From assembly GCA_039588275.1 (NCBI GenBank), contig JBDHAC010000025.1:1-48761 (forward strand): a DNA stretch of 48,761 nucleotides, written 5' to 3'. The notes under the pieces are model-generated. The model was not told where the DNA came from. It worked only from the letters and a program-made list of their open reading frames with translations, and did no database searches. Positions 38,354 through 46,221 of this stretch are shown here, in pieces. The DNA comes from Gemmatimonadota bacterium (GTDB lineage Bacteria > Gemmatimonadota > Gemmatimonadetes > Palauibacterales > Palauibacteraceae). Numbering within the stretch: the stretch's first letter is position 1; every line of letters starts with the position of its first letter. Position numbers and translations under genes: made by a program.

Positions 38354-39910
38354 CTACAGCACCTGGAACCGACCGATGTCGTGGCCCTTCGGCGTGATCA
38401 TGTGGACCGCGCACGCAATACACGGATCGAAGGACCGCACGATACGAACGACCTCGAAGGGGTTGTTCGGGTCGCGGACCGCCGTTCCCTCGAGGGCCTG
38501 CTCGCACGCTCCGGGCTGGTTCCGGTCGTCCCTCGGTGAGCAGTTCCACGTCGTCGGCACGACCGCCTGGTAGTTCGCGGTCAGACCGTCTTCGATCCGG
38601 ATCCAATGGCCGAGGGAGCCCCGAGGAGCCTCCGTGAGGCCCATCCCCGTCCCCGCCTCGGGCCGCTCGAAGTGCGCGCAGACGGGTTCGCCGGGCTGCA
38701 GCTCGAGGAGCCAGTCGGCCATCGAGTCCGCCACGAACTTGCACTCGAGCGCTCGCGCCGCGTGACGTCCGAGAACGGAGAACAAGGCCGACGGGCCGGC
38801 CCCCAGCTCGCTCAGCGCGCCGTTCACGAGGCTCGTCACCTGGGGATGCCCCTGCGCGTATGCGACGAGCATTCGGGCCAGGGGACCGACCTCGTGAGCC
38901 TGCCCGTCGTAGCGGGGAGCCTTCAGGAACGAGTACGCACCCGTCTTTCGCGGGGCCGGGTCCGTCGCGCCGCTCCCAGGGGGCAGGTCCGTGTCGCTGC
39001 GGTACCAGGAGTGCCTCACCTGTTCGGTGATGTTCGACGGGTCGAGCGCCTCGTACGTCATCCCCCGGCTGTCCAGCGTGCCGCCCGGCAGCGCTCGCTC
39101 TCGTTGCGTCAGGTCGGGGTTGGTGTCGAGATCCCATGCGCCGTACGAGAGGTAGCGGCCCACCCCTCGTCCGATCTGGAAGTAGTCGGGGTACGCGCGC
39201 GCGACGGCCAACACATCGGGGATGTAGACGTTGTCGATGAAGTCGCGCAGGCGCTCCAGGCGCCAGCGGAACTCGGCGATCTTGTCCACGCTCACGACCT
39301 CGAGCGCCCCACCCGGGAAAGTGCTCATCTGGTGCGGCATCTTGCCGCCGAAGATCGCCAGCATCTCCTGCGCTTCTCGGCGCCGGTCGAGCGCCTGGAC
39401 GTAGTGGGACACGGCCGCCCGGTTCGCGCTCCGTGAGAGGCGATAGTCGCCTTCGTAGCGGGGAACGAACGGTCCCAGCTCCCCCCTGGCGATGAAGCTC
39501 GCCACTTGCCGGAGCCGTTCGTCCCCGCCCGTGTATCCGGCCGCCGCCGCCACGTCTACGTAGTCGAGCGCGGCCAGGTGGTAGAAGTGCAGGATGTGCG
39601 ACTGCACGTAGTTGCTGCCGAAGATGAGATTCCGCATCACGCGGCCGTTGTGCGGCACCTGATCCGCGATACCGAAGGCGTCATCTAGCGCCAGGGCAGA
39701 CGCCATGGCGTGCGCCGTCGGGCAGACCCCGCAGATTCGTTGGGTGATTCGCGCGGCATCGAGGGGGTCGCGGCCGCGGAGGATGAGCTCGAAGCCCCGG
39801 AAGAGCATCCCGGAGCAGCGCGCCTCCCTCACGACACCGCCCTCGGTGATCGCTTCGATCTTGAGGTGACCCTCGATACGGGTGACAGGGTCGATCACGA
39901 TGCTGGCCAT
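38354..39910 (-). CDS. [NiFe]-hydrogenase large subunit, group-1a-like (Cys form)
   Basis: IDPVTRIEGHL; L1 TQRICGVCPTAH; QSHILHFYHL; EAPRGSLGHW; L2 SFDPCIACAVH plus 15-aa cleavable tail; GGAGGG RBS before ATG39910. Confidence 0.96.
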   Translation of the reverse strand: MASIVIDPVTRIEGHLKIEAITEGGVVREARCSGMLFRGFELILRGRDPLDAARITQRICGVCPTAHAMASALALDDAFGIADQVPHNGRVMRNLIFGSNYVQSHILHFYHLAALDYVDVAAAAGYTGGDERLRQVASFIARGELGPFVPRYEGDYRLSRSANRAAVSHYVQALDRRREAQEMLAIFGGKMPHQMSTFPGGALEVVSVDKIAEFRWRLERLRDFIDNVYIPDVLAVARAYPDYFQIGRGVGRYLSYGAWDLDTNPDLTQRERALPGGTLDSRGMTYEALDPSNITEQVRHSWYRSDTDLPPGSGATDPAPRKTGAYSFLKAPRYDGQAHEVGPLARMLVAYAQGHPQVTSLVNGALSELGAGPSALFSVLGRHAARALECKFVADSMADWLLELQPGEPVCAHFERPEAGTGMGLTEAPRGSLGHWIRIEDGLTANYQAVVPTTWNCSPRDDRNQPGACEQALEGTAVRDPNNPFEVVRIVRSFDPCIACAVHMITPKGHDIGRFQVL

Positions 39911-40461
39911 GACAGCCCTCCGACCGGGATGGAGTCCGGAATCACGGATGCGTGCGTCCTGACCCTGCGGATCCGCGCACGCGTCATCTGGGAGCAGAAT
40001 GCAACGGGGAGGTGTGTCGTCGTCCAGGCGGGGGGAACGTTGGACGAATCCGACGACCGCCTTCTTATAGTCTCCATACGTCGAGAACAATCCCTCTGCC
40101 GATGAGGGTGTCTCGCGCGTCTGCCAAACAACGTGTCGCGCCCACCACGCTAGGGGGGAACAGCGTGGGCATGGCAGACGCGTGGGTCATGGCGTACCAT
40201 CGACTGCCTACGTCATGACTAAACTGCCGCACCAATAGGATAGCGTTGCGCAGCTCTCCCGTCAGTCGGGCAGCTCCGGTTCATTCAGGTGGGAGTAAGT
40301 CATTGAATCAGGTGGGGTTAAACCGGTGGTTAGCCGCCTGATTAGACGGGTCGACACTACCCAAAGACGCGACGCGTGGCCCACCCATTCAGGTAGGGAT
40401 TGGCTCCGATGAGCCTCAGGCAGCCTCTCAGGGCCGAATCGCCGCCACACCACGGACACAC

Positions 40462-42231
40462 ATGGAGAACGTAGAAATCGCCGCGGTGCTGAAGGAAGTT
40501 GCGGATCTGCTCGAGATCCAGGAGGCGAACCCGTTCCGCGTGCGCGCGTATCGGAACGCCGTACGCACCATCGAGGCGCACGCGGTGCCCATGCGGAAGC
40601 TGGTCGAGGAGGAGGCCGACCTCACCGAGCTGCCCGCGATCGGGAAGGGGATGGCGCAGAACATCGAGGAGCTCGTGAGCACGGGCGAGCTCTCCGTCCT
40701 CAGCCAGCTGTCGGAAGAGATCCCGGCCTCGCTCATCGAGCTGATGCGGCTTCCCGGGCTCGGGCCCAAGAAGGCTCGCAAGCTGTGGGACGAGCTCGGG
40801 ATCGAGACGATGGAGGCGCTGGAAGAGGCCGCGGCCGAAGGCCGGATCGCGACTTTGGCGGGCTTCGGCGAGAAAACACAGGCCCGCATCCTCGAGGGGA
40901 TCGCTCAGTACCGTACCAACGTCAGCCGTTTCCGTCTCGTAGAGGCAGACGAGCTTCTCCCCCCGCTGCTCGCCTACCTGGAGGAGACACCCGGTCTCCA
41001 GCGTCTGGAGGTCGCGGGCAGCTTTCGGCGACGGCTCGAGACGATCGGGGATATCGACCTGCTCGCGCTGGCGGATGATCCGACGGCGCTCTCGGAGCGG
41101 CTGACCGAGTTCCCTTCGGTGGCCAAGATCCTGGGCGCGGGAGGGACGAAAACCTCCGTCACCCTGCGGAGCGGTCTTCAGGTGGACCTGCGAGTCGTTC
41201 CCGCTGAGAGCTGGGGAGCGGCGCTCATCTACTTCACGGGATCGAAGGAGCACGGCATCAAGCTCCGCCAGCGTGCATTGGATCGGGGGCTCCGCATCTC
41301 GGAGTACGGCGTGTTCAAGATCCCCGAGTCCGAGTCCGGGACCGACGCCGAGGAGCGAGGACGTGCCTCCGAGGGCGAGATGGTCGCGGGCGAGACGGAG
41401 GAGGACGTGTACGCCGCCGTCGAGCTGCCCTTCATTCCCCCGGCCATGCGTGAGGATCGAGGCGAGATCGAGGCCGCGGCCGCGGGGGAGCTCCCCCGTC
41501 TGATCGAGATCGACGACCTGCGCGGGGATCTCCAGATGCACTCCAATTGGTCAGACGGCCGCAACACGCTCGAGGAGATGTTGGAAGCGTGCGCGTCGCG
41601 TGGCTACGAGTACTTCGCGATCACGGACCACTCCAAAGCGCTCGCGATGATCGAGGGCCTCGACGCGGCCAAGCTCAGGAAGCAGTGGGCCGAGATCGAT
41701 GAGATCGCGCCCAGGCACCCCGAGATCCGCGTTTTAAAGAGCATGGAAGTGGACATCCTCCGGGACGGGACCCTGGATCTGGAAGACGAGATGCTCGAGC
41801 AGCTCGATCTGGTCGTCGTCTCGATCCACTCCTACTTCGGTCTCCCGAGGGACGAGCAGACGGAGCGCGTCCTGTGCGCGGTTCGGCACCCCGAGGTGAA
41901 CGTGCTCGCGCACCCCACCGGCCGCCTCATCAACCGCCGAGCGCCGATCGAGCTGGACATCGACGAGGTACTCCAGGTCTGTGCGGCGCACGACGTAGCG
42001 GTCGAGCTGAACGCGCAGCCCGACCGCCTAGATCTCAAGGACACGCAGCTCGTGCGCGCCCGCGAGCTGGGGGTGAAGGTCGTGATCAGCACGGATGCGC
42101 ACCGGACCGACGAGCTGGAGCTGATCCACTACGGGGTGGAACAGGCGCGCCGCGCGTGGCTCACGCCCGGGGATGTGCTCAACACCCTCCCGCTGGGCGA
42201 CCTTCTGGAGGCGGTCAATCCAACCGGATGA
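40462..42231 (+). CDS. polX: DNA polymerase X / PHP-domain 3'-5' exonuclease
   Basis: NPFRVRAYR, GLGPKK, AGSFRR..ETIGDIDLL, QVDLR, YFTGSKEH, REDRGE; PHP motifs DLQMHS..SDG, ITDHS, AHPTGR, ELNAQPDRLDL, STDAH. Confidence 0.96.
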   Translation: MENVEIAAVLKEVADLLEIQEANPFRVRAYRNAVRTIEAHAVPMRKLVEEEADLTELPAIGKGMAQNIEELVSTGELSVLSQLSEEIPASLIELMRLPGLGPKKARKLWDELGIETMEALEEAAAEGRIATLAGFGEKTQARILEGIAQYRTNVSRFRLVEADELLPPLLAYLEETPGLQRLEVAGSFRRRLETIGDIDLLALADDPTALSERLTEFPSVAKILGAGGTKTSVTLRSGLQVDLRVVPAESWGAALIYFTGSKEHGIKLRQRALDRGLRISEYGVFKIPESESGTDAEERGRASEGEMVAGETEEDVYAAVELPFIPPAMREDRGEIEAAAAGELPRLIEIDDLRGDLQMHSNWSDGRNTLEEMLEACASRGYEYFAITDHSKALAMIEGLDAAKLRKQWAEIDEIAPRHPEIRVLKSMEVDILRDGTLDLEDEMLEQLDLVVVSIHSYFGLPRDEQTERVLCAVRHPEVNVLAHPTGRLINRRAPIELDIDEVLQVCAAHDVAVELNAQPDRLDLKDTQLVRARELGVKVVISTDAHRTDELELIHYGVEQARRAWLTPGDVLNTLPLGDLLEAVNPTG

Positions 42232-44209
42232 ACCGTCCCGGACGATATCGATAGGCCGGAAGCCCCGGGTACAGGGCACGTAGCTCGGCGTTCCGCTGGC
42301 CCAGATCGCGCGCGAACACGAATCGACCGCGGAGGTCGGGGTCGTTCGCCGCCAGATGAGGAGAGTAGTTCGTGTAGCCGTCACGGTCGTAGAGGATCTC
42401 GGCCTGGCAGACGGCGCTCAGCGCCCCGCCGGGCGCCAGGCGCAGGGTCGGGTCCTGGTTCAGGTTCACGACTTCGATCTCGTCAGGCGCTCGCCGCAAC
42501 GCTTCCATCTCCCGGTTGAGCCGCGTCGCTTCCCAATCCTCCGCCTCGGCGCGGCGAACGGTCTCCTCCAGCTCGCAATGGTCGGAGCGCCGGTATATGC
42601 GCTCGGCGACCGATGCCGTCGCCCCGGCCTCGCGCGACCGTGCGATCAAGCGGTTTCCCCAGCTGACGGCGACGAACACGAGTCCCTCATCGATGCCCGC
42701 GTCACGGGCTTCGCGGACTAGGTCCTGCTTCAGGCTGGCCATCCCCGTCGCGTAGACCTGAAAGCGACGGGGGGTGCCGTAGGAGACCGAGTACGCGAAC
42801 GCGAGGACGAGCAACCCGGTCACGAAGCCGGTCGCGGAGACGTTCGCGAGTGGCCGAATCCGCCGGTCGCGCAGCCGGCGGTAGAGCAGGACGATCGCGC
42901 GCGCCGTTAGTGGCAGCAGGAACGCCACCCCCTCGTACAGGAAGCGCGGCCCCAAGAACGCGTCCCGGTGCCAGTAGAAGAAGTACGCGATCGGTATCGC
43001 GAAGAAGGCGAGCAGCAAGCGGCGGTCCCAGTCGGACCCCGCCCAACCCGCAACGAGGACCAGTCCCAGCGGAAGCAGCGCCGGAATCGGCCACTCGAAC
43101 AGGAACACGTTCAGCAACCCGATGTCCACGAGCTCGTTGCGCAGGCCGGTAAGCGGCGTGTGGACATCACCCCAGGGTGACTCGTGGAAGCCGAGCCCGT
43201 GACTGGGCCCCCACAGCTCCATGTACCCCGGTCGAAACGGATCGCCCGTGGTGGCCGCATTGAACAGGAAGTAGAGAGAGGCGGTGATCGCGAAGCCGAT
43301 CGCGCCGGTGATGACCGCCGCGGGCCACCGTCGGCCCCCTGCGCGCAGGGCCGGGAAGGCGAACGCCGCGGCGACCGCGATCGCCGTGAACGGGCGGCTC
43401 ACGAACGCCGCGCCCAGCGCGAGACCCGCGACCGCGAGCCACAGGAGACGTCCGCCGCCGTGGGATTCCTCCTCCACGCCCTCCCAGCGCTGGAAGAGCC
43501 ATACGAACAGCGCGATGAAGAACAGCGCCGAGACGTGGTTCATGTGGCTCGCCCCCATGAACCAGAAGAAGGGAGACAGGGCGAGCAGGACCATCGTGAG
43601 CCGCCCGGTGGCGACATCGAAAGCCTGAGTCGCGATCCGTCCGATGAGCCATGCGGTCCCGAGCGTGAGCAGGATGGGGATGAGCCAGGGCGCGCCGAGC
43701 CAAATCCCGAGCGCCAGGGTCGCCGAGTGACCCGGCGGGTACTGCCCGTACCAGCCGCTCTCGGAGACGACCATGTGCTGGGTCGAGAAGAACGCCTCGA
43801 ACGGTGGGGCGGGGGCCATCGCCATTCCCGCCGCGAAGATCTTCGCCTGGAAGAGCTGGACGATCGAGTCGATGAGCAACGGGTGTCGGGAAAACGCGCC
43901 GAACGATGCCAGGACGAGAAGACCGAGGAGGATCGCGAGGGCGAGCGCCTGGAAGCGCCGATCGGACGGCGCCGCCCCGATTCGTGCCAGGCGCTTCGTC
44001 AGCTTTTCGAGCGTCCCCGGGAATAGACGCACGGCCAACCAGGCGAGCGCGATGAACACGAACAGCCCCTGAAGCCACTCGACCGGGCCCGCCAACCACG
44101 TGGTGCCTGGCGGGTCGCCGAAGATGGCCCGCAGCGGGATGAAGGGTACGAGCAGCAGGAGCCACCCGGCGGCCCGGAGGAACAGCTCGCTCGGCCGCCT
44201 GCGACCCAT
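42215..44209 (-). CDS. GT-C-fold membrane glycosyltransferase (GT39/ArnT-like)
   Basis: PLLIDSIVQLFQAKIFA.G, WYGQYPPG, SPFFWFMGASHMNH, SRPFTA, NAATTGDPF, GPRFLYE. Start ATG44209; the upstream extension in the track ORF overlaps GntR antisense. Confidence 0.8.
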   Translation of the reverse strand: MGRRRPSELFLRAAGWLLLLVPFIPLRAIFGDPPGTTWLAGPVEWLQGLFVFIALAWLAVRLFPGTLEKLTKRLARIGAAPSDRRFQALALAILLGLLVLASFGAFSRHPLLIDSIVQLFQAKIFAAGMAMAPAPPFEAFFSTQHMVVSESGWYGQYPPGHSATLALGIWLGAPWLIPILLTLGTAWLIGRIATQAFDVATGRLTMVLLALSPFFWFMGASHMNHVSALFFIALFVWLFQRWEGVEEESHGGGRLLWLAVAGLALGAAFVSRPFTAIAVAAAFAFPALRAGGRRWPAAVITGAIGFAITASLYFLFNAATTGDPFRPGYMELWGPSHGLGFHESPWGDVHTPLTGLRNELVDIGLLNVFLFEWPIPALLPLGLVLVAGWAGSDWDRRLLLAFFAIPIAYFFYWHRDAFLGPRFLYEGVAFLLPLTARAIVLLYRRLRDRRIRPLANVSATGFVTGLLVLAFAYSVSYGTPRRFQVYATGMASLKQDLVREARDAGIDEGLVFVAVSWGNRLIARSREAGATASVAERIYRRSDHCELEETVRRAEAEDWEATRLNREMEALRRAPDEIEVVNLNQDPTLRLAPGGALSAVCQAEILYDRDGYTNYSPHLAANDPDLRGRFVFARDLGQRNAELRALYPGLPAYRYRPGRFIRLD

Positions 44210-44326
44210 GGCCTCAGGCCTCCCGGAAGCGGTTGAGCGGCCCCTGTTTCCCGGCGCCGAGCACGAGGAGTCGCATAATCGCGTTGTGCCTCCGTTGATC
44301 GGGACGGCGACATAGATAACAGGATC

Positions 44327-45253
44327 ATGAGACGCGCGCATGGCTTGGAACACTGGCCTCTCCGGGTGACCCACGGCCACCCCGTGCCCGTCCGGCGACA
44401 GATCGCCGCGGGTCTGGCGTGCGCGATCCTGGACGGTCTCATGACGGTCGGCGAGGTCTTGCCTTCCACGCGCCAGCTGGCAGGGATGCTCGGGGTGCAC
44501 AGGAACACGGTGGCCGGGGCGTATCGGGAGCTCCGAGACCGCGGGCTCATCGCCGGTGTCACCGGGAACGCGCCACGCGTGACCGACGCGAAGCTCGCCG
44601 CAGGGCCACCGGGCACGATCCATCTGCTGCGAGAGCTCGCGAACCGGGCGCTGGAAGCGGGCGTGCGGCGGACCGAGCTCATGGCGCAGCTCGACGAATG
44701 GCGAACGGGCAGCCGGCCTCCCGAGCTGCTCCTGATCGAGCCGCGCCGTGGCTTGCGCCGCGTCCTGGGCGCGGAACTGAAGATGCGCGCTTGCCGCTGC
44801 CTGGAAGTGACCGAATGGCGGGCGATCCGTCGCCGATCCAGTGGAAAGCACGGTACCGTCGTCGTGGCCCGGTCCGAGATCGCGCGCCGCGCCGCCACGA
44901 AGCTCCCGGAAATGTCCGAGATCTTCCCCCTCGCGCTCGTCGGGGGCTCGGCGGCGCTGGCGCGAGCGACGCGGGTCCGGTTGCCCGGCGTGGTGGCGCT
45001 CCTTACCCGCAGCCCCGAGATCCGCACGTTCGCGCGAGACCTGGCGGCAGGTCATCATGCGACCGGGTTGAGCCTGGCGACGCCGCACCCGGGCGATACG
45101 ATGGCGGTGCGTCGCGCGGCCCGCGTTGCCCGCCTCATCCTCGTCGACGCATCGTGCTGGGGCATGTCGTTCGAGACGCGAGCGCCTGTCCGCGAGCTGC
45201 GGATCGTGTCCGATCGGACCGTCCGCGCGCTGCGGCGATACCTCGGAGGATAG
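44327..45253 (+). CDS. GntR-family transcriptional regulator
   Basis: PVRRQI...I..G....GEVLPSTRQLAGMLGVHRNTVAGAYREL..RGLI winged HTH; non-aminotransferase C-terminal domain. Confidence 0.88.
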   Translation: MRRAHGLEHWPLRVTHGHPVPVRRQIAAGLACAILDGLMTVGEVLPSTRQLAGMLGVHRNTVAGAYRELRDRGLIAGVTGNAPRVTDAKLAAGPPGTIHLLRELANRALEAGVRRTELMAQLDEWRTGSRPPELLLIEPRRGLRRVLGAELKMRACRCLEVTEWRAIRRRSSGKHGTVVVARSEIARRAATKLPEMSEIFPLALVGGSAALARATRVRLPGVVALLTRSPEIRTFARDLAAGHHATGLSLATPHPGDTMAVRRAARVARLILVDASCWGMSFETRAPVRELRIVSDRTVRALRRYLGG

Positions 45254-45538
45254 ATGAGGGTGCAAGTCGTCCGCGCTTCGGTTGGCCCCGAATCGCGCGA
45301 GGCCTATCTAAGAGCTTGGGTGGAGTGGTCGGGTACGCTTTTCGCGATGGAAATCCGTACGGACCTGCTCGAGAGCGAGACAGAGCGCGGGCGGTTCATC
45401 GAGCTCACCTGGCTCGAGGCGGGGACCGAGAGCGCGCTGGCGGATGACCGTCTAGTCCGCGCGGCTGCGGCGCTGGATGTCGCCGCCGCACGCGACGGGA
45501 GCCTCGAATTCTACGCCCCGACGCACGTGAAACCGTGA
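45254..45538 (+). CDS. Small hypothetical protein (possible dimeric alpha/beta-barrel fold)
   Basis: 94 aa; GGAGG RBS; abuts GntR stop; SREAYLRAW...GRFIELTW pattern. Confidence 0.65.
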   Translation: MRVQVVRASVGPESREAYLRAWVEWSGTLFAMEIRTDLLESETERGRFIELTWLEAGTESALADDRLVRAAAALDVAAARDGSLEFYAPTHVKP

Positions 45539-45540
45539 GG

Positions 45541-45576
45541 CACTCGACGGAATTCGCGTTCCGTCGGGTGGGGTTT
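45541..45576 (+). terminator. Stem-loop directly after 45254-45538 gene (possible terminator)
   Basis: CACTCGACGGAA-TTCGCG-TTCCGTCGGGTG 12-bp stem (1 G-U); weak T tract. Confidence 0.45.
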
Positions 45577-45581
45577 GGAAC

Positions 45582-45611
45582 TTGTTCGGACTGGGGGTTT
45601 TTGAGTATACT
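45582..45611 (+). promoter_or_regulatory. Putative sigma70 promoter of tRNA operon
   Basis: TTGTTC-N18-TATACT followed by GC-rich discriminator-like sequence, 45 bp before tRNA-Gln. Confidence 0.5.
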
Positions 45612-45656
45612 CGACGCCCCGTCGTAGCGGCTTTTCGGCCCGCTGCGGGGTTCCGT

Positions 45657-45729
45657 TGGCCCGTGGTGGAATTGGCAACACGTCTGGCTCTGGACCAGAA
45701 GATTCCAGGTTCGAGTCCTGGCGGGCCAA
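45657..45729 (+). tRNA. tRNA-Gln(CTG)
   Basis: Acceptor TGGCCCG/CGGGCCA; anticodon arm TCTGG-CTCTGGA-CCAGA; T-arm CCAGG-TTCGAGT-CCTGG; no encoded CCA. Confidence 0.96.
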
Positions 45730-45760
45730 TCTGGCCGGCGCATCGCCGGCACAAGCTTCC

Positions 45761-45846
45761 GGAGGGGTGGCCGAGTGGCTAAAGGCGGCGCCCTGCTAAG
45801 GCGTTGGGTCGAGAGGCCCACGTGGGTTCGAATCCCACCCCCTCCG
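45761..45846 (+). tRNA. tRNA-Ser(GCT)
   Basis: GGAGGGG/CCCCTCC acceptor, G discriminator, anticodon loop CTGCTAA, long variable arm. Confidence 0.96.
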
Positions 45847-45880
45847 CTGCTACATCCTCCCGGGTCACCCGGGGGTCGAA

Positions 45881-45967
45881 GGACGGGTGGCCGAGCGGAC
45901 TAAGGCGCACGCCTGGAGAGCGTGTGGGCACTCGCGTGCCTCGTGGGTTCGAATCCCACCCCGTCCG
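45881..45967 (+). tRNA. tRNA-Ser(GGA)
   Basis: GGACGGG/CCCGTCC acceptor; CACGC-CTGGAGA-GCGTG; long variable arm. Confidence 0.96.
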
Positions 45968-46036
45968 TAGCCGGGAGCCCGGCATGACATACCGGGCCGG
46001 CGCGACCATCGTTCGCGTTCGGCCCGTTCGGTTTCC

Positions 46037-46118
46037 GGAGGGGTGGCAGAACGGCAATGCACCGGTCTCGAAAACCGGCGCCCTCACGGGCTTGTGGGTT
46101 CGAATCCCACCCCCTCCG
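46037..46118 (+). tRNA. tRNA-Ser(CGA)
   Basis: GGAGGGG/CCCCTCC acceptor; CCGGT-CTCGAAA-ACCGG; variable arm GCCC-TCAC-GGGC. Confidence 0.95.
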
Positions 46119-46221
46119 CTTTCCTCACCCTCATTCGGCAATCCCTCCTTACGATCTTGAAATCGGGATCCTTTTGGGAGTAGCCTAGACCAGATCACCG
46201 CGCTCGCTTGAGGGTCGTCGC

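Noticed and set aside
38354..38440. Selenocysteine-containing [NiFeSe] large subunit
   Set aside because: The L2 codon is TGT (Cys) with an open frame. No in-frame TGA, no clear SECIS, and none of the tRNAs has a TCA anticodon.
38352..39137. N-terminal extension or fusion of the maturation protease (447-aa ORF)
   Set aside because: Out-of-frame overlap with the large subunit; Arg/Pro/Gly-rich shadow sequence typical of high GC.
34203..40427. Terminal inverted repeats around the hydrogenase operon (CTGAGGCT / AGCCTCAG)
   Set aside because: Only 8 bp, plausible by chance; no transposase or target-site duplication.
44210..45265. 1016-aa minus-strand ORF as one protein
   Set aside because: The first ~350 aa are the antisense shadow of the GntR gene; membrane-protein character starts at Met 44209.
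45822..46120. 27-bp direct repeat as attL/attR of an integrated element
   Set aside because: Both copies belong to complete tRNA genes ~270 bp apart with only another tRNA between them; no integrase.
45511..46198. ORFs overlapping the tRNA cluster
   Set aside because: Spurious translations of tRNA genes.
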